Source: Scyliorhinus canicula (Eukaryota). From it: a stretch of 64,000 nucleotides of DNA. The DNA lies in contig NC_052157.1 of the NCBI RefSeq assembly GCF_902713615.1, forward strand, positions 83,703,411 to 83,767,410, in the 5' to 3' direction. The notes below the pieces were generated by a model. That model did no database searches and was not told the origin of the DNA. It was given only the letters and a program-made list of their open reading frames with translations. Below are positions 34,833-47,304 of the stretch, one piece after another (position 1 is the stretch's first letter; every line of letters starts with the position of its first letter). The translations under genes and the position numbers were made by a program.

Positions 34833-36400
34833 ATGGCGGGTTGTGCTGTCCTCGGCTTCGCCTCATTTGGAACACCGTCTGTACCTGTAATCCCTACCAA
34901 ACTACAAGGACATTCCACTTATGCAGAGGTGACGTTCTCCGATGCCCCATGTACGAGGGCACACTATCGACTCATGGAAGTTTATCAAGTTAAAAGACAA
35001 TGAAGGGCTCATGAAACACTTATATCGGTCCCGGCGTTGGGACAGGAACATTGCATGGACATTGCCTTGTTTTGGAGCAAATGTACATTTGATTTTGGAT
35101 GTGATATGACTGGTGCCATAAAGGTTAAATGAGACCGTGTCGGGGGGGGGGGGGGGTAGGGAAAGGTTGTAGGGGAGAGGGGAGGAATAGCAAGAGGACG
35201 GAACGAGTAAGACGGGAGGCACGATGAGAACACAGGTTATCAGGAGGTATACTTACTTCAGTTAGGACGCAGAACGAAGGGAACCTGGGCAGCATGAATC
35301 GCTTCCAATAACTCTAAGACCACATGTATGGCCAGGTACAGGTTGTCTACTACCCAAACCCCGCATTTGTGTCTAGGTTATTTTCCGTCTCACCACTTTG
35401 GCGAACTCCCCGAAACGCTGGCTCATTGTCAGAGTTCCGAGCCACCGCCCGAGCAAGTCACTCTTCTTTACGATCCGGGTTCGGCCCCACCAGCTATTTG
35501 CCTTCCCCTCTCTCGGGATAATTCCCACTCACAATATGATAGGCTTCAACGGTGGAGGGCGTATATAGCTAGCCCCTTCACTCCCAATAGAGATTCCCGG
35601 TCGTGCGAGAATTGTTTCAGCAGTGTGGGGTACGGCTGTTTACTGGTAGAGATGCAAATGAATATAACATGTCTGTTCTCCACTTGCACTGATCCAAAGT
35701 GTCGCATAACCCTGACATCCGGTCAATGCATTTGTTACAACGCCACTTGCGACCCGCTGACGGCAGGCCTCTAGCTCCTTTGTAGCTGGGCGAATGTCCC
35801 TGATATCACTGTGGGAACTAGGGCTTTCTACATAACTAGGAGGCCCGAATGGGCGTTCCGAAGCTGGATGAACTGGGCTACTGGGGAATCCCTACTCCAC
35901 CAATATACTGATTGTGATGCTAGCCTGTATACGGAGCGAGGATATTATTTTCAATGGCACAGCGACCAATGTTTTGTCACCCCATTTCCACGACGAATTG
36001 CTATCGGGACTCTCGTCCCCTGCCCCTCTGCGTGGATACTGCACCACCAGTTGGAACGCTGGGCAGGTTCAGTTATTTGTGGCCTTCCCATCCTGGGCAA
36101 CGAATCTTTGAGGGCCCTCAGGGCAATAACCAAGGAATTTTCTCAACTGCGGTTGTTTGCCATGCAAAACCGGTATGCACTTGACGATCTCGCCTGCATC
36201 TTTGTGGGCCTGGCCATCCTTAAATGCGTGATGGGTAAAATGGGTAAAATGTAGTGTGCGCTGGAACAGATAGTCGCCCATAGAGTCTTGGCTGTTAGGA
36301 TCTACGAGGGTGCAGCGGACGATGGGGTGCTGCAATAGGATTTAGAAATGCAGCAACGAGTTTTCTTAGCTGAGGGGCAGTAGCTGCGGCTTGGAGCGAT
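34833..36400 (+). pseudogene. env: Envelope gene remnant (Cys-rich SU, TM with immunosuppressive domain)
   Basis: Cys-rich ORF 35328-35774; heptad + ISD ALRAITKEFSQLRLFAMQNRYALD followed by a hydrophobic stretch; lies between integrase and PPT. Confidence 0.85.
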
Positions 36401-36415
36401 AGGTTATCATGAAAT

Positions 36416-36430
36416 GATAAAAGGAGGAAA
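36416..36430 (+). promoter_or_regulatory. Polypurine tract
   Basis: GATAAAAGGAGGAAA immediately before the 3' LTR TG. Confidence 0.85.
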
Positions 36431-37256
36431 TGAGGAATTGTACAAATGAATGTATATAAAATAGGATTATTAGTTAAAATAGTGTAGATAATAGGCCGAT
36501 GGTAGTGAGCTCACAGACAAAGGACGAAGGAATTCAGCAAAGCCTGGCTAGAAAGGGGGAGGGTTGCCTCGTGGAGAGAATGATGAAAAGGATGCTGCGT
36601 AATAAGAGGCCCAGGATTGGAAAATGTGAAGAGAGCCAATCAGGATATATGCCCAGGTCAGAAGGTGTATAGAATGACCAATGGAAGCTTGTGTGCGAAT
36701 CTTGATGTGATTCAATCAATATAGAACATAGAACATAGAACAGTACAGCACATAACAGGCCCTTCGGCCCTCAATGTTGTGCCGAGCCATGATCACCCTA
36801 CTCAAACCCACATATCCACCCTATACCCGTAACCCAACAACCCCCCCCCTTAACCTTACATTTTTTTAGGACACTACGGGCAATTTAACATGGCCAATCC
36901 ACCTAACCCGCACATCTTTGGACTGTGGGAGGAAACCGGAGCACCCGGAGGAAACCCACGCACACAGGGGGAGGATGTGCAGACTCCACACAGCCGGGAA
37001 TCGAACCTGGGACCCTGGAGCTGTGAAGCATTTATGCTAACCACCATGCTACCCTGCTGCCCCAAATATGTGCTGTGATTTATTTGTTCTCTTCCTCACT
37101 AACTTTTGGGAGCTCGAGAAGACAGCTGCATGTTCTAAGGTCCCACGAGTGAGTCATCCTTTCTAGCTGGTGGAAATAAAACAATAATTTATACCTGCAG
37201 ATCCGTCTCAGATTTTATTGAGCCCAGACTGGCAGGAAAAGTATCAGGGATTAACA
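36431..37256 (+). repeat. 3' LTR, interrupted by a V-SINE
   Basis: Direct repeat of the 5' LTR with a ~340 bp insert. Confidence 0.95.
36721..37062 (-). mobile_element. HE1-type V-SINE inside the 3' LTR
   Basis: Near-identical to the 30048 and 58408 copies; absent from the 5' LTR. Confidence 0.92.
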
Positions 37257-37369
37257 CCTATAGGCATGGGAACATGTGGGCCATCTACTGCTTCCACTCC
37301 ATATTTTCCTTTCAAATAAAAACACAGCAAAGAAACACTGCAGGCTGCATTCTTCGTTTCTGAGACTAT

Positions 37370-38074
37370 GGGTGGGATTCTCTGATTGCCAGTGCCGAAA
37401 TCGCATTCAGCAATTGGCTGGAAAATCCGCTGAATTCGGAGGCAACGCCGTTGTTCAGGTTCACCTCCCCCCCCCGCTAAAACAGCGTCATTACTAACTG
37501 TGCGGTACGCCGTTGGGACCGCCTCAGGAGGTCATCTGAGACCCTTGCCCAGTGCTCCCCCCCTGTGGGCCGACTTCCTGATGGCGTGTGCTCACAATTT
37601 TCTGTGACCTGAATGGCGATTGTGGAATATGTCCAGTTGGTGGGGGATAAAGGGACTGGTCTGTGGTTTTCCAAGTGTGGCGAGTGTGTCACAGGGAGGC
37701 ACAGTCAGGCACGCCTGTTCCACCCGCTGCCAGCGACATGTGGTATGACGCAACCGCTGCAGGTTTCTCCACCACGTGGCGCCAGATTTCTGGTTCAGCA
37801 CGCTGTCGGAATTCTCCGTTTTGCTGGCTGGTTAATGAGGATTACCGTTGTGCAGCAGCCCCATGGAATCAGGAAACAAATGGTCTGCCGGCAAAAGGAA
37901 CATCCCGATGGCGTGGAACTGAGAGCCTCATCTGCAGGTAAAGCCGGGAGCTTGATGTGACATGGCTACTACCCCCCACTGGGTGAAGCGTTAGTCCGGA
38001 GGCGGCGCCGACCTTTTGGTCGAAAGACTAGGAACATGCTGTGGACATAGCCTCTTAAATGGGGAATCCAGCCA
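37370..38074. mobile_element. Non-autonomous Harbinger-like MITE
   Basis: Ends GGGTGGGATTCTC / GGGGAATCCAGCC; TAT/TTT flanks; no coding capacity. Confidence 0.65.
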
Positions 38075-38327
38075 TTTGTGTTGACACCGATGCAGAATTC
38101 GTGGAGTTCTGCGAAAGCAAATCTGACGCCGCACATTGATCCATTGGCTTAGTGTTCAGGAGCTAGCAATGGTGCCATTTAGAACGCAACCGATGCTAAT
38201 GAGAAACTGACGAATCCTGAGACTTCTGGTTGACACTCAGGAGGCTGCCCTTCGTACATGCAGCTGCATATACACAATTCACTCCCAACACACACACCAC
38301 TCCAACCAACAAGATGCAAAAGAGCAA

Positions 38328-38545
38328 GGGCAGCACGGTGGCACAATGGTTAGCATCGCTACCGACGGCGCTGAGCAACCGGGTTCGAATCCCTGCCCTG
38401 GGTCACTGTCCGTGTGGAGTTTGCACATTCTCCCCGTGTCTGAGTGGGATTCACCCGCACAACCCAAAAAAGTGTAGGTGGATTGGCCACGCTAAATTGC
38501 CGCTTAATTAGAAAAAATATAATTGGCTTCTCTAAATAAAAAAAA
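38328..38545 (+). mobile_element. V-SINE (short-tailed subfamily)
   Basis: GGGCAGCACGGTGGCACAATGGTTAGCA..GGTTCGAATCC..GGGTCACTGTCCGTGTGGAGTTTGCAC. Confidence 0.85.
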
Positions 38546-38957
38546 TGGAAAAGCGCAGAGTAGATTGAAGGTTATTGGAGAGCGAGATTCAGGCACTCCT
38601 CTATCCGATGGACAAGAGGGCACTGACGTTGTAGGAAGGACGCTGATAGCCGGCGACATTGGCCATGCCTGAGTGCAGTTGGCAAAGTCAAAGAACAAAG
38701 AACAGCACAGGAGCAGACCCTTCGGCCCTCCAAGCCTGCAACGACCAAGCTGCCCGTCTAAACTAAAATCTTCCACTATTCGTGGGTCCGTATCCCTCGA
38801 TTCCCATGTACTCAAAATGGTCCTTTAACGTCAACATCGTCCCTGCTTCCACCATCTCCTCCAGCAACTTCCAGGCACCGTTACTCTCTGTGTAACAAAA
38901 CTTGTCTCGTACTTTTCCTCTAAATCTCGCACCTTTAAACTATGCCGTTTCGTAATA

Positions 38958-39145
38958 GTGGCTGGTTTAGCTCACTGGGCTAAATCGTTGGCTTTTAAAG
39001 CACACCAAGCAGGCCGGCAGCACGGTTTGTTTCCCGTACCAGCCTCCCCGGACAGGCGCCGGAATGTGGCGACTAGGGGCTTTTCACAGTAACTTCATTG
39101 AAGCCTGCTCGTGACAATAAGCGTTTTTCATCTTTCTCAATTTTC
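38958..39145 (+). mobile_element. tRNA-derived SINE inserted in a CR1 3' fragment (38690-39170, minus)
   Basis: GGCTGGTTTAGCTCACTGGGCTAAA head; GTGACAATAAGCG tail. Confidence 0.8.
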
Positions 39146-40699
39146 ATAATTGACCTCTCGATCACTTAGCACTGTGTGCAACATCAGAGGGACGGGCCAG
39201 AAGTGTAGCAAATCATTACCCCTCAACATCAGGGCAGTTGGGTTGAGTAAGCAGAACTGTGCTCCTCCCACGAACCCCCATACCACCTTTCCACCACACC
39301 TCCATAACACCAGCCCCACAACAACGTCTCCCTGCACCACCTCGGCAATCAGCAACCCTCAGCCCCACCCACAGGCTCACTGCACCGTCTCCTGGCCCAC
39401 GGTCAAATCATACATCCTGTCTTGTGTCTAGCAGGATATGCTGAATTTACTACGAGTTCATCCTGTTTCCCCCTCCCACTGCCAATGCCAAGCCCGCGAA
39501 ACCGGTGAGTCGAGGAGAGATGAGAGTAGCTCTGATGCCAGCCCTCCGCCAGATACCCATGAGACCCTGAAACTCGAGTGGGTGGATTATACAGATTTCC
39601 CATCACAGCTGCCTCCATAACAATCCACCAATCCAGAGACACTCTCCTATGTTAAACACTTTAGTAATGAGGCTCCTGGGATAGTCCCTGGTGTGCACAT
39701 CACAGCTGATACAGTACAGCAGTAACTCCCAAGGCGGTGGAAGATCAGTGAGGAGGCCGAAGCCAGGGACTAGCTGGTGTCCACATGGGTTTTGGCTTCT
39801 GCAACGGACAGTTGCATAATAATAGATATGTAATCGCAGAAAAGCATCTGCCTGAGGGGTTGATGGTGAGCATCAATTTCCTTCAGGTGCAGGTGGCACC
39901 TGTCCCTGGTACATCGGGGGAAAGCGGGCGGAACAGGCCGCCACGATGCTGTTATCCGAGCAATATCGAGGCCGGTCAACCCAGAATACGCCCGCCAGCG
40001 GAATACGCCCCTAATCCAAAATACGGCCACGTCGCAGAGCGGAAAAACTGGAGGCCGCCTCAACCCCTGTGGAGCCGTCCAGTGAACAACCTAGATATAG
40101 CGTTAGGGCCCTTAAGACCAGAAATGTAGACATCAGTTACGACAGCACCGGTGCAGGCACAATTAATTTAAATTGGTTAGTGCACAAACAGGGTAAGACT
40201 TGTACACATTAGTCATGTGTTACCACTGGTAGTGCCTATCTCGGTGCTCTATTAGAAGGGTGTGAAGGGTGTGTTCATCTGAGCTTGCCAAAGGAGGGGA
40301 AAATGACGACATATGTGTGCCCCGGTATTCACACCCAACCCGCCCCCCCCCCATCCCACTCCGCGACCATGTCACTACAATCACATTAGGGAATCGATGG
40401 GAGCGTGAGATGGAATGGGTAGCTCGCCTTAAGGGTTTACCCAGGAGGACGGTAGAAAATGCCACTGTGTGAAGGAGGCAGACAATGGCAGATGCTGCGG
40501 AGCGCCAGAGCTCATCGCAGGGTAGGTTTTCAGTATCCTCCAACCTATGGCTAATCCAGGGCCAACACCGCATAGTGCGGCAGTCATGTATCTAGAATGG
40601 AGTTGCAGGTGGCAGGTGGCCAGAGGAGGCGGGAGTGTTGAGGGGATGCGCTGTCCGTTCCCGATCCACTTACCTCCCCCACTCTCTCCCCCCCCCACC

Positions 40700-41890
40700 C
40701 ATTATTGGTCCACCTGGAGCCGATCAGAGCGTCCCTGGCAGCTTCCTCGTTCGTCGCCTACTGGTGTTCCTTCTCCTCCTCCAGCACGGCAATCTTCTGC
40801 TGTGTGATGTCATGGAGGACACGACATGCCGCCAAAATAATGGCCACCCTCTCTGCATCATATAGGATGGCCCCTCCGGACCGGGCATGTGACTTGGAAG
40901 AAGAAGCACGGCTCGATCACGCTTCTGGTTGGTGTATGGTCGTTTCCGCAGCAGACGGAAACGCCCTAATGATAGGTATCATCTTAAAAGGCTCATTCGA
41001 TAAACCCTGTCATGCAGAGGCCAATCGCCCATCTGAACGGAGTCTCCCACATGCCAGGAATCATCGAATGTGCCAGGATGACGCATTATACACCGGGTGA
41101 AGCGCACAGAGTTTAATGATGTGCAGGTCACGTTCACATATCAGCTGCACGTCCATTGAGTAGTGCCCATTTTGGTTTTTGCCAAGTGACCTGTCATCCG
41201 TAGGTGCTCGTAGGGGAACATGCGTTCTGTCGATTACCCCTCTCGACATTGGGCATCCGTCAACGGGGCGACCCTGTTGCCCATTCATCCTGCTCGGCTT
41301 CCTGCACACTGAAATCGATATATTGAACAGCCTGATCATGCAGAGCCTCCGTGAGGGCGCAGATGCACATGTGCTCAGACGTTTATAAGATCGTGGACAG
41401 TCCACACTGAGCACTTAAATGGATCCCGTAGCATAAATGTTCACGGCGAATGTTACCTTGACGGCCAGCGGGAGCGATTATCCTCACGCATCGCCGCGCG
41501 GTGCCAACTGTGCTATAATTTTGCAGATATGTTGCACTGCAACTCCGCTCAGGCGAACTCCTTGATTGCACGCCCGGTCCCGCCGGTCCTCAAATGGCAG
41601 ACGCTGCCGGTACATTGAGGTGTCAACTGGTGTGCCCTTGTAACATCCTCCCTCTAGGCTGGTGGGAATCTGGCTCTTCATCTGAGTGGCTGCCACCTGT
41701 CCCTCTGAGGAACGTTCCTCTGTTGCGTGCTCTGCTGCTGCAGCTTCCTCCTGCTCGAGTCACTGCAGCTCGTCCAGCAGCAGAGCTTCGCCGATGGCTG
41801 TGGCGACGAGAAAGCAGGCCATCATTGCTATTTGAACCACAATGTCCATTGTTTGCAGCAGATGAAAGGCCAACATGTTGGCATGGTACC
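40700..41890 (-). pseudogene. Decayed Harbinger transposase of element C
   Basis: MYRQRLPFED..VRLSGVAVQHICKIIAQLAPRG; GVIDRTHVPLRAP..GHYSMDVQLICERDLHIIKLCA. Confidence 0.85.
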
Positions 41891-42509
41891 CCCTAGGCCC
41901 CCGGTCCCAGCCACGTGCAAGGGTCACATAGTGTCCGCAGTTGACACTACGGGGCCGATCCCGCAGCACCACACACCCCCCCTCCCCCTCATCAACCCAT
42001 CTCTAGCCCCGTCGTTGAAAAGCACGCTATGGATGTCAGGCCCTGGCGCCTGTCCCTGAAGCCAGTGCGACCGTCCGCAGGCAAGACACTTGCCAGGGTT
42101 TCGCGCTGATGGACGAATCCCGTGCACTTGTCAGGGCTACTGTGGGAGGTGTGCTGATTGGGCCGCTGGCGGGTGGCGGCAGTTTCGGGGGTCAGTGTGC
42201 CAGTGTGTGATTGGGGGTTATGGGCACACATACGGTCGGTTTCACTGCATAACCAGTGGACAAAGTGGGTGGCCATCGTGGTGCGCAGCAGATGGCTGTC
42301 TTGCAGGCCGTACTAATGGCAGTAAGGGACGTAACACCGTCCCAGTCCCGTGGGTGGTCACTCCGACCATGGGGCACTTTCCCTGCCTCCCCTCCCACCC
42401 CGGCCCGGGCAGCGCAGCCATACCGGCTTGTATCTGGCCTGGAAGCCCACAGTCTTTCCTATCTATCTCCACCTCATCAGCCATGGCACCGGTTTTCCTT
42501 TTCACCCTT

Positions 42510-42513
42510 TCTC

Positions 42514-42575
<62 letters not shown>
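42510..42575. repeat. Compound (CT)n(AT)n microsatellite
   Basis: Directly visible. Confidence 0.97.
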
Positions 42576-42577
<2 letters not shown>

Positions 42578-43679
42578 GAACTTAGAGAAATCTAACTTTG
42601 ATGGCATGAGTCGTGCATTGGCTAGTATAACCTGGCAAGGGATATTTAAGTTGCTGATTGTGGACAGGCAATGGCAGGCATTTAATGGACACTTGGGTCA
42701 ACTTTAAAAGGAATAATAAGGAATATTGTTAAAGTCAAAGAAATAGCCAGAGAAAAATCACCAACCCTGAAGACCGGGAGATAATTAAAATTCAGCAGGG
42801 GGGGGGGACAAAGGGTTTAATTCGAATACTGGAGTAAGCTTTCAGGAAATATAAATAGAAACTGCAAAAAGCGTCGTTTGATAAGTGCAGCAAATAAAAA
42901 CTCGTGAGACAAATATATTACCCTCACAATTTGAATCAGGTGAATTCATAATGGACACGAAGAGATGGCAGAGACCTTGAACAAATAATTTGGATATATC
43001 TTCACTAACGAGGAGAAAAGTCATCCGTAAATACGAAGGGACAGAGAGGAGGACATGAAGGAGGAACTGAAGGAAATCCTTATTCGTCAGAAATTATATT
43101 GGGGAAATTGTTGCGTCGAAAACCAAAACGTTCACAGGTCCGGTGGGCTGCAACCCAGAATATCTATGATGGTGGCCATGTGAATAGTGCAGGCGTTGCT
43201 GATTACTTTCCAGGAGTAGATAGACTGTTGAAGAGTTCCAGCGGGTTGACGGGTAATAAAACCGCACTTTTAATTGGTAGGTTGGAGAGATAAAACGGGT
43301 AACTATAAACTGGTGAGTCTGACATCGGTGAGAGGAAACATGCTGGGGTAAATTACTAGGGATGGAATAACTCAGCATTTGGCAAGCGGAATCAGAATCG
43401 CTGCAACTCAACATGGATTCACTCAAGCGAACTCATGCTTGATGAATCTTCTGGAAGGTTTTGAGCATCTGACCAGTAGAGTGGACAAGGGTGAAACAGT
43501 GGATGCTGTGTGTTTGTACATTCAAAAGACGTTTGACAGGGTCTCCCACAAGCAATTAGTGAACAAAAAGAAATATCATGATATTGGGGCTAATGTATTA
43601 ACGTGGATAGAGAATTGTATGGCAGACAGGAAGCAGAGAGTGTACAAAAACCTGTCCTTTTGAAAGTGAAGTGACTGGT

Positions 43680-43998
43680 GTTAATAACGTTTATTGCTGA
43701 CACATGTCGGCGTATTTAACAATGCAATGAAGTCTTATGAAAATCGCATACTCTCCATATTCTAGTGCGTGTTCAGGTACAATGAGAGAGAATTATCAAT
43801 ATCCAATTCACCCAACAAACACATCTGTGGGTACTAGTGGGAAAACAACGAACACCCGAAGGAAACCCACAGACACAGGGAAAACGTTCAGACTCCACAC
43901 AAGCTGGGTACAAAAGGCAGTCACACAAGCTGGGTACAAAACCCCGGTTCCTGGCGCTGTGAAGCAACAGTGGTAATCACAGTGCCGCCGAGCCCCAT
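43680..43998 (-). mobile_element. Decayed V-SINE-like element
   Basis: GGAAACCCACAGACACAGGG..CAGACTCCACAC core and reverse tRNA-like head ending GCCCC. Confidence 0.7.
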
Positions 43999-44299
43999 AG
44001 TGAGGTAACACAGGGCTCAGTGCTCTGACTCCAGCTGTCCACAGTATACACTGATGATTTGGACGGAGGAAGTGTGTGGAATGATTCCAAATTTTCACTT
44101 GGCACTAAGCTGGACGTCATGTGTGCTGTGAGGAGGATGCAAAAAGGCCGCAAGGTTAATTGAGCCGGTTGGCTGAGTGGGCAAACACTTGACAAATGAA
44201 ATATTGTGCGGGTAAATGTGCGATTATCCAGCTGTTTGTCAAAACAGGAATGTAGCTTATTATTTGAATGGTCGCAGTTTATGGAAAGGGTAATTGCAA

Positions 44300-45647
44300 A
44301 GAAACCTGGGTTTCATATATTTCCTCAGGAAACTAAGGAAATTCGGCATGTCCACATTAACACGTACCAACTGTTACAGATGCACCACAGAAAGCATTCT
44401 ATCGGGCTGCATCACAGCCTGGTGTGGCAACTGCTCGGCCCAGGACCGCAAGGAACTTCAGAGAGTCGTGAATACCGCCAAGTCCATCACACGAACCTGC
44501 CTCCCATCCATGGACTCCATCTACACCTCCGGCTGCCTGGGGAAAGCGGGCAGCATAATCAAGGATCCCTCCCACGCGGCGTACTCACTTTTCCAACTTC
44601 TTCCATCGGGAAGGAGATACACAAGGCTGGGAACACGCACGAACATACTCAAAACAGCTTCTTCCCCACCGTCACCAGACTCTTAAATGGCCCTCTTATG
44701 GACTGACCTCATTAACACTACATCCTATATGCTCCATTCGATGCCAATGCTTATAAGAACATAAGAAAATAAGAACTAGGAGCAGGAGTAGGCCATCTGG
44801 CCCCTCGAGCCTGCTGCGCCATTCAATGAGATCATGGCTGATCTTTTGTGGACTCAGCTCCACTTTCCGGCCAGAACACCATAACCCTTAATCCCTTTTT
44901 TCTTCAAAAGGCTATCTATCTTTACCATAAAAACATTTAATGAAGGAGCCTCAACTGTTTCACTGGGCAAGGAATTCCATAGTTTCACAGCCCTTTGGGT
45001 GAAGAAGTTCCTCCTAACCTCAGTCCTAAATCTACTTCTCCTTATTTTGAGGCTATGCCCCCTTGTTCTGCTTTCACTCGCCAGTGGAATCAACTTGCCC
45101 GTATCTATCCTACCTATTCCCTTCATAATTTTAAATATTTCGATAAGATCCCCCCTCATCCTTCTAAATTCCAACGAGTACAGTCCCAGTCTACTCAACC
45201 ACTCCTCGTACTCCAACCCCTTCAGCTCTGGGATTAACCTCGTTAATCTCCTGTGCACACCCTCCAGTGCCAGTACGTCCTTTCTCAAGTGTGGAGACCA
45301 AAACTGAACACAATACTCCAGGTGTGGCCTCACTAACACCTTATACAATTGCAGCATAACCTCCCTTGTCTTAAACTCCACCCCTCTAGCAATGAAGGAC
45401 ACAATTCTATTTGCCTTCTTAATCACCTGTTGCACCAGTAAATCAACTTTCTGTGATTCATGCACTATGCAGTTACATTGTATTTCTTCTGTTGCCCTAT
45501 TATGTATTTTCTTGTATTTTCTTGCTATTTGTTTAATTCCCTTTTCTTCCCATGTACTGAATGATCTGTTGAGCTGCTTTCAGAAAAATACATTTCACTG
45601 TACCTCGGTACACGTGACAATAAACAAATCCAATCCAATCCAATCCA
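44300..45647 (+). mobile_element. Rex1/Babar-like LINE 3' part, split by a CR1
   Basis: YFLRKLRKFGMS..NCYRCTTESILSGCITAWCGNC..LQRVV..DPSH..FQLLPSGRRY; (AATCC)n tail at ~45630. Confidence 0.85.
44755..45468 (-). mobile_element. 5'-truncated young CR1 (same subfamily as 1-4160)
   Basis: ORF 44854-45465 nearly identical to the C-terminus of 190-1908; (TTCTTAT)n-type tail. Confidence 0.93.
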
Positions 45648-47304
45648 GTTTCAACAGGTGGTGAGTAAACCTAATGGCATGCTGGCCCTCATAGCAAGGT
45701 GATTTGAGTAAAGGAGTTGGGACATCCTGTTGCAGTTATGCAGTGGCTTCGTGAGGCAATACCGCGAATATTATATGCAGCTTTGGACTCCGAGTTTGAA
45801 GATGGAAATTCTTGCTTTTGAGGATATCCAGCGAAAGTTCACCAGACGAAACCCCAGGAAGACAGTTTTTCCATATGAAGAATGGCTCGAGTGACTGGCC
45901 TTCTAATCACTGGAGTTTAGAAGAAAGAATGAAGATGCCATAAACCATATACAATCCTGATGGGACTGGACAGGCTCGACGCAGGAAGAAAGATCCCGCT
46001 GTTGGGGACGTCCAGGACATGGGCCAATGCCTAATAATACGGCGGAAACCATATAGGTGAGATGAGGATGAACATCATCACGACGAGTGTTGTAAACTTG
46101 TGGAACCCTCGACCGCAAACTGCTCCTGGTGCCAGTACGTTCGATATATTAAAGAGGGAGTTGGGAGTTCCACTTGTATCTGAAGAGGTCAAGGGTTATG
46201 GAGAAAGAGCGGGCCGTAGGACACGAAATTTATATGTGCAGCAGTGATCATAGGAATGGTGGTGTAGGTTTCGAAGCGCCGCAATGGCCTACTTTCTGAT
46301 CTGGATATAGGATCTTACTTCCGTTTACAGAAGTTACTAAGTCTTCATGTGTGTCCTGCTAGAGCGCCATGGGTGGATGGTTGGCATGGGCCAGTAATAA
46401 TAGAATCATTACTGAGGTTTAAACTTACAATATCAAGTAGATCAATCCTACATCTTGCATCAATAAAGTTAGATCTAGAAATTATGGTCCTTACAAATAA
46501 ATCCAATTCGTCGCGGAGCAATATTCCGCTTACAGTTAAATCAAACACGTTTAATTTTGCAGCTGAGTGATGGTGATACTTGATGTTTTAAACGTAAGCT
46601 CTGCACAGTTGGTGTATTCTATACGTGTCACTTTTAAGCAGCATGATGCTGCATTCCACTCACCATCAGGTTTGCAACTTTCAAGGGCTTCTGAAAACGA
46701 AACATAATAACAAATACAGTGTAATGCAAAGCCAAATGTTTGTTCTCAGGTGTGATCAACACATGCCACTTTGCTGAGTATTGAAACAAAATGCGGCATT
46801 CAGCATACAATCCATCCCTATTTACCTGTCTGTGCTTGTTGGAGTCTTCTCTCTTTCAAAACAGAAACAAGAAATTTACAACAATATTAAAACTATTTGC
46901 AAACAAGCTTCTTAAATTTCCGAACGTGATCCCACGTAACTAATGATTATCACGACAATTGTCACCGCGATCCACCTTGACAGATTTTTGTAGACTGGCT
47001 GGAGTGAATGATGCATTACAGAACATCAAGTGGTTTGACTGGTTTAAGATAAGTCAATGTGAAACTACTGCGTGGTAACAGGTAACCAAATAAATAGACA
47101 GCAACTACAAACACTAGCTAATTATTCTAGAGCTACTGATAATACATCAATCCATGAACGCGACTTTACCCAACTACCCTGTGGCACAGAGTCACATGGT
47201 AGGTTTACACTGCCACCTGGTGGTCGAAGTCTTGTACAATATTATATACATGATGTGGAGATCCGGCTTTGGATGGGAATAAACACAATAAGAGGGGTTA
47301 TAGT

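Larger units (their letters stand above)
27823..37256 (+). mobile_element. Endogenous retrovirus (class I, gamma/epsilon-like), full provirus boundaries
   Basis: Two TG...CA LTRs, CCTA TSD (27819-27822 and 37257-37260), PBS, PPT, integrase and env remnants. Confidence 0.93.
37343..42510. mobile_element. Decayed Harbinger transposon (element C) with nested MITE, SINEs and a CR1 fragment
   Basis: Left TIR-like GGCTGCATTCTTCGTTTCTGAG resembles the element A end; Myb 3' remnants ~39430-40140 (+); transposase remnant ~40700-41890 (-). Confidence 0.72.
42575..46300 (+). mobile_element. Old decayed CR1 LINE carrying three nested inserts
   Basis: QHGFTQANSCLMNLLEGFE..DAVCLYIQKTFDRVSHK..ADRKQRV at 43379-43663; RT 3' remnants 44000-44300 and 45650-46300. 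Confidence 0.8.
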
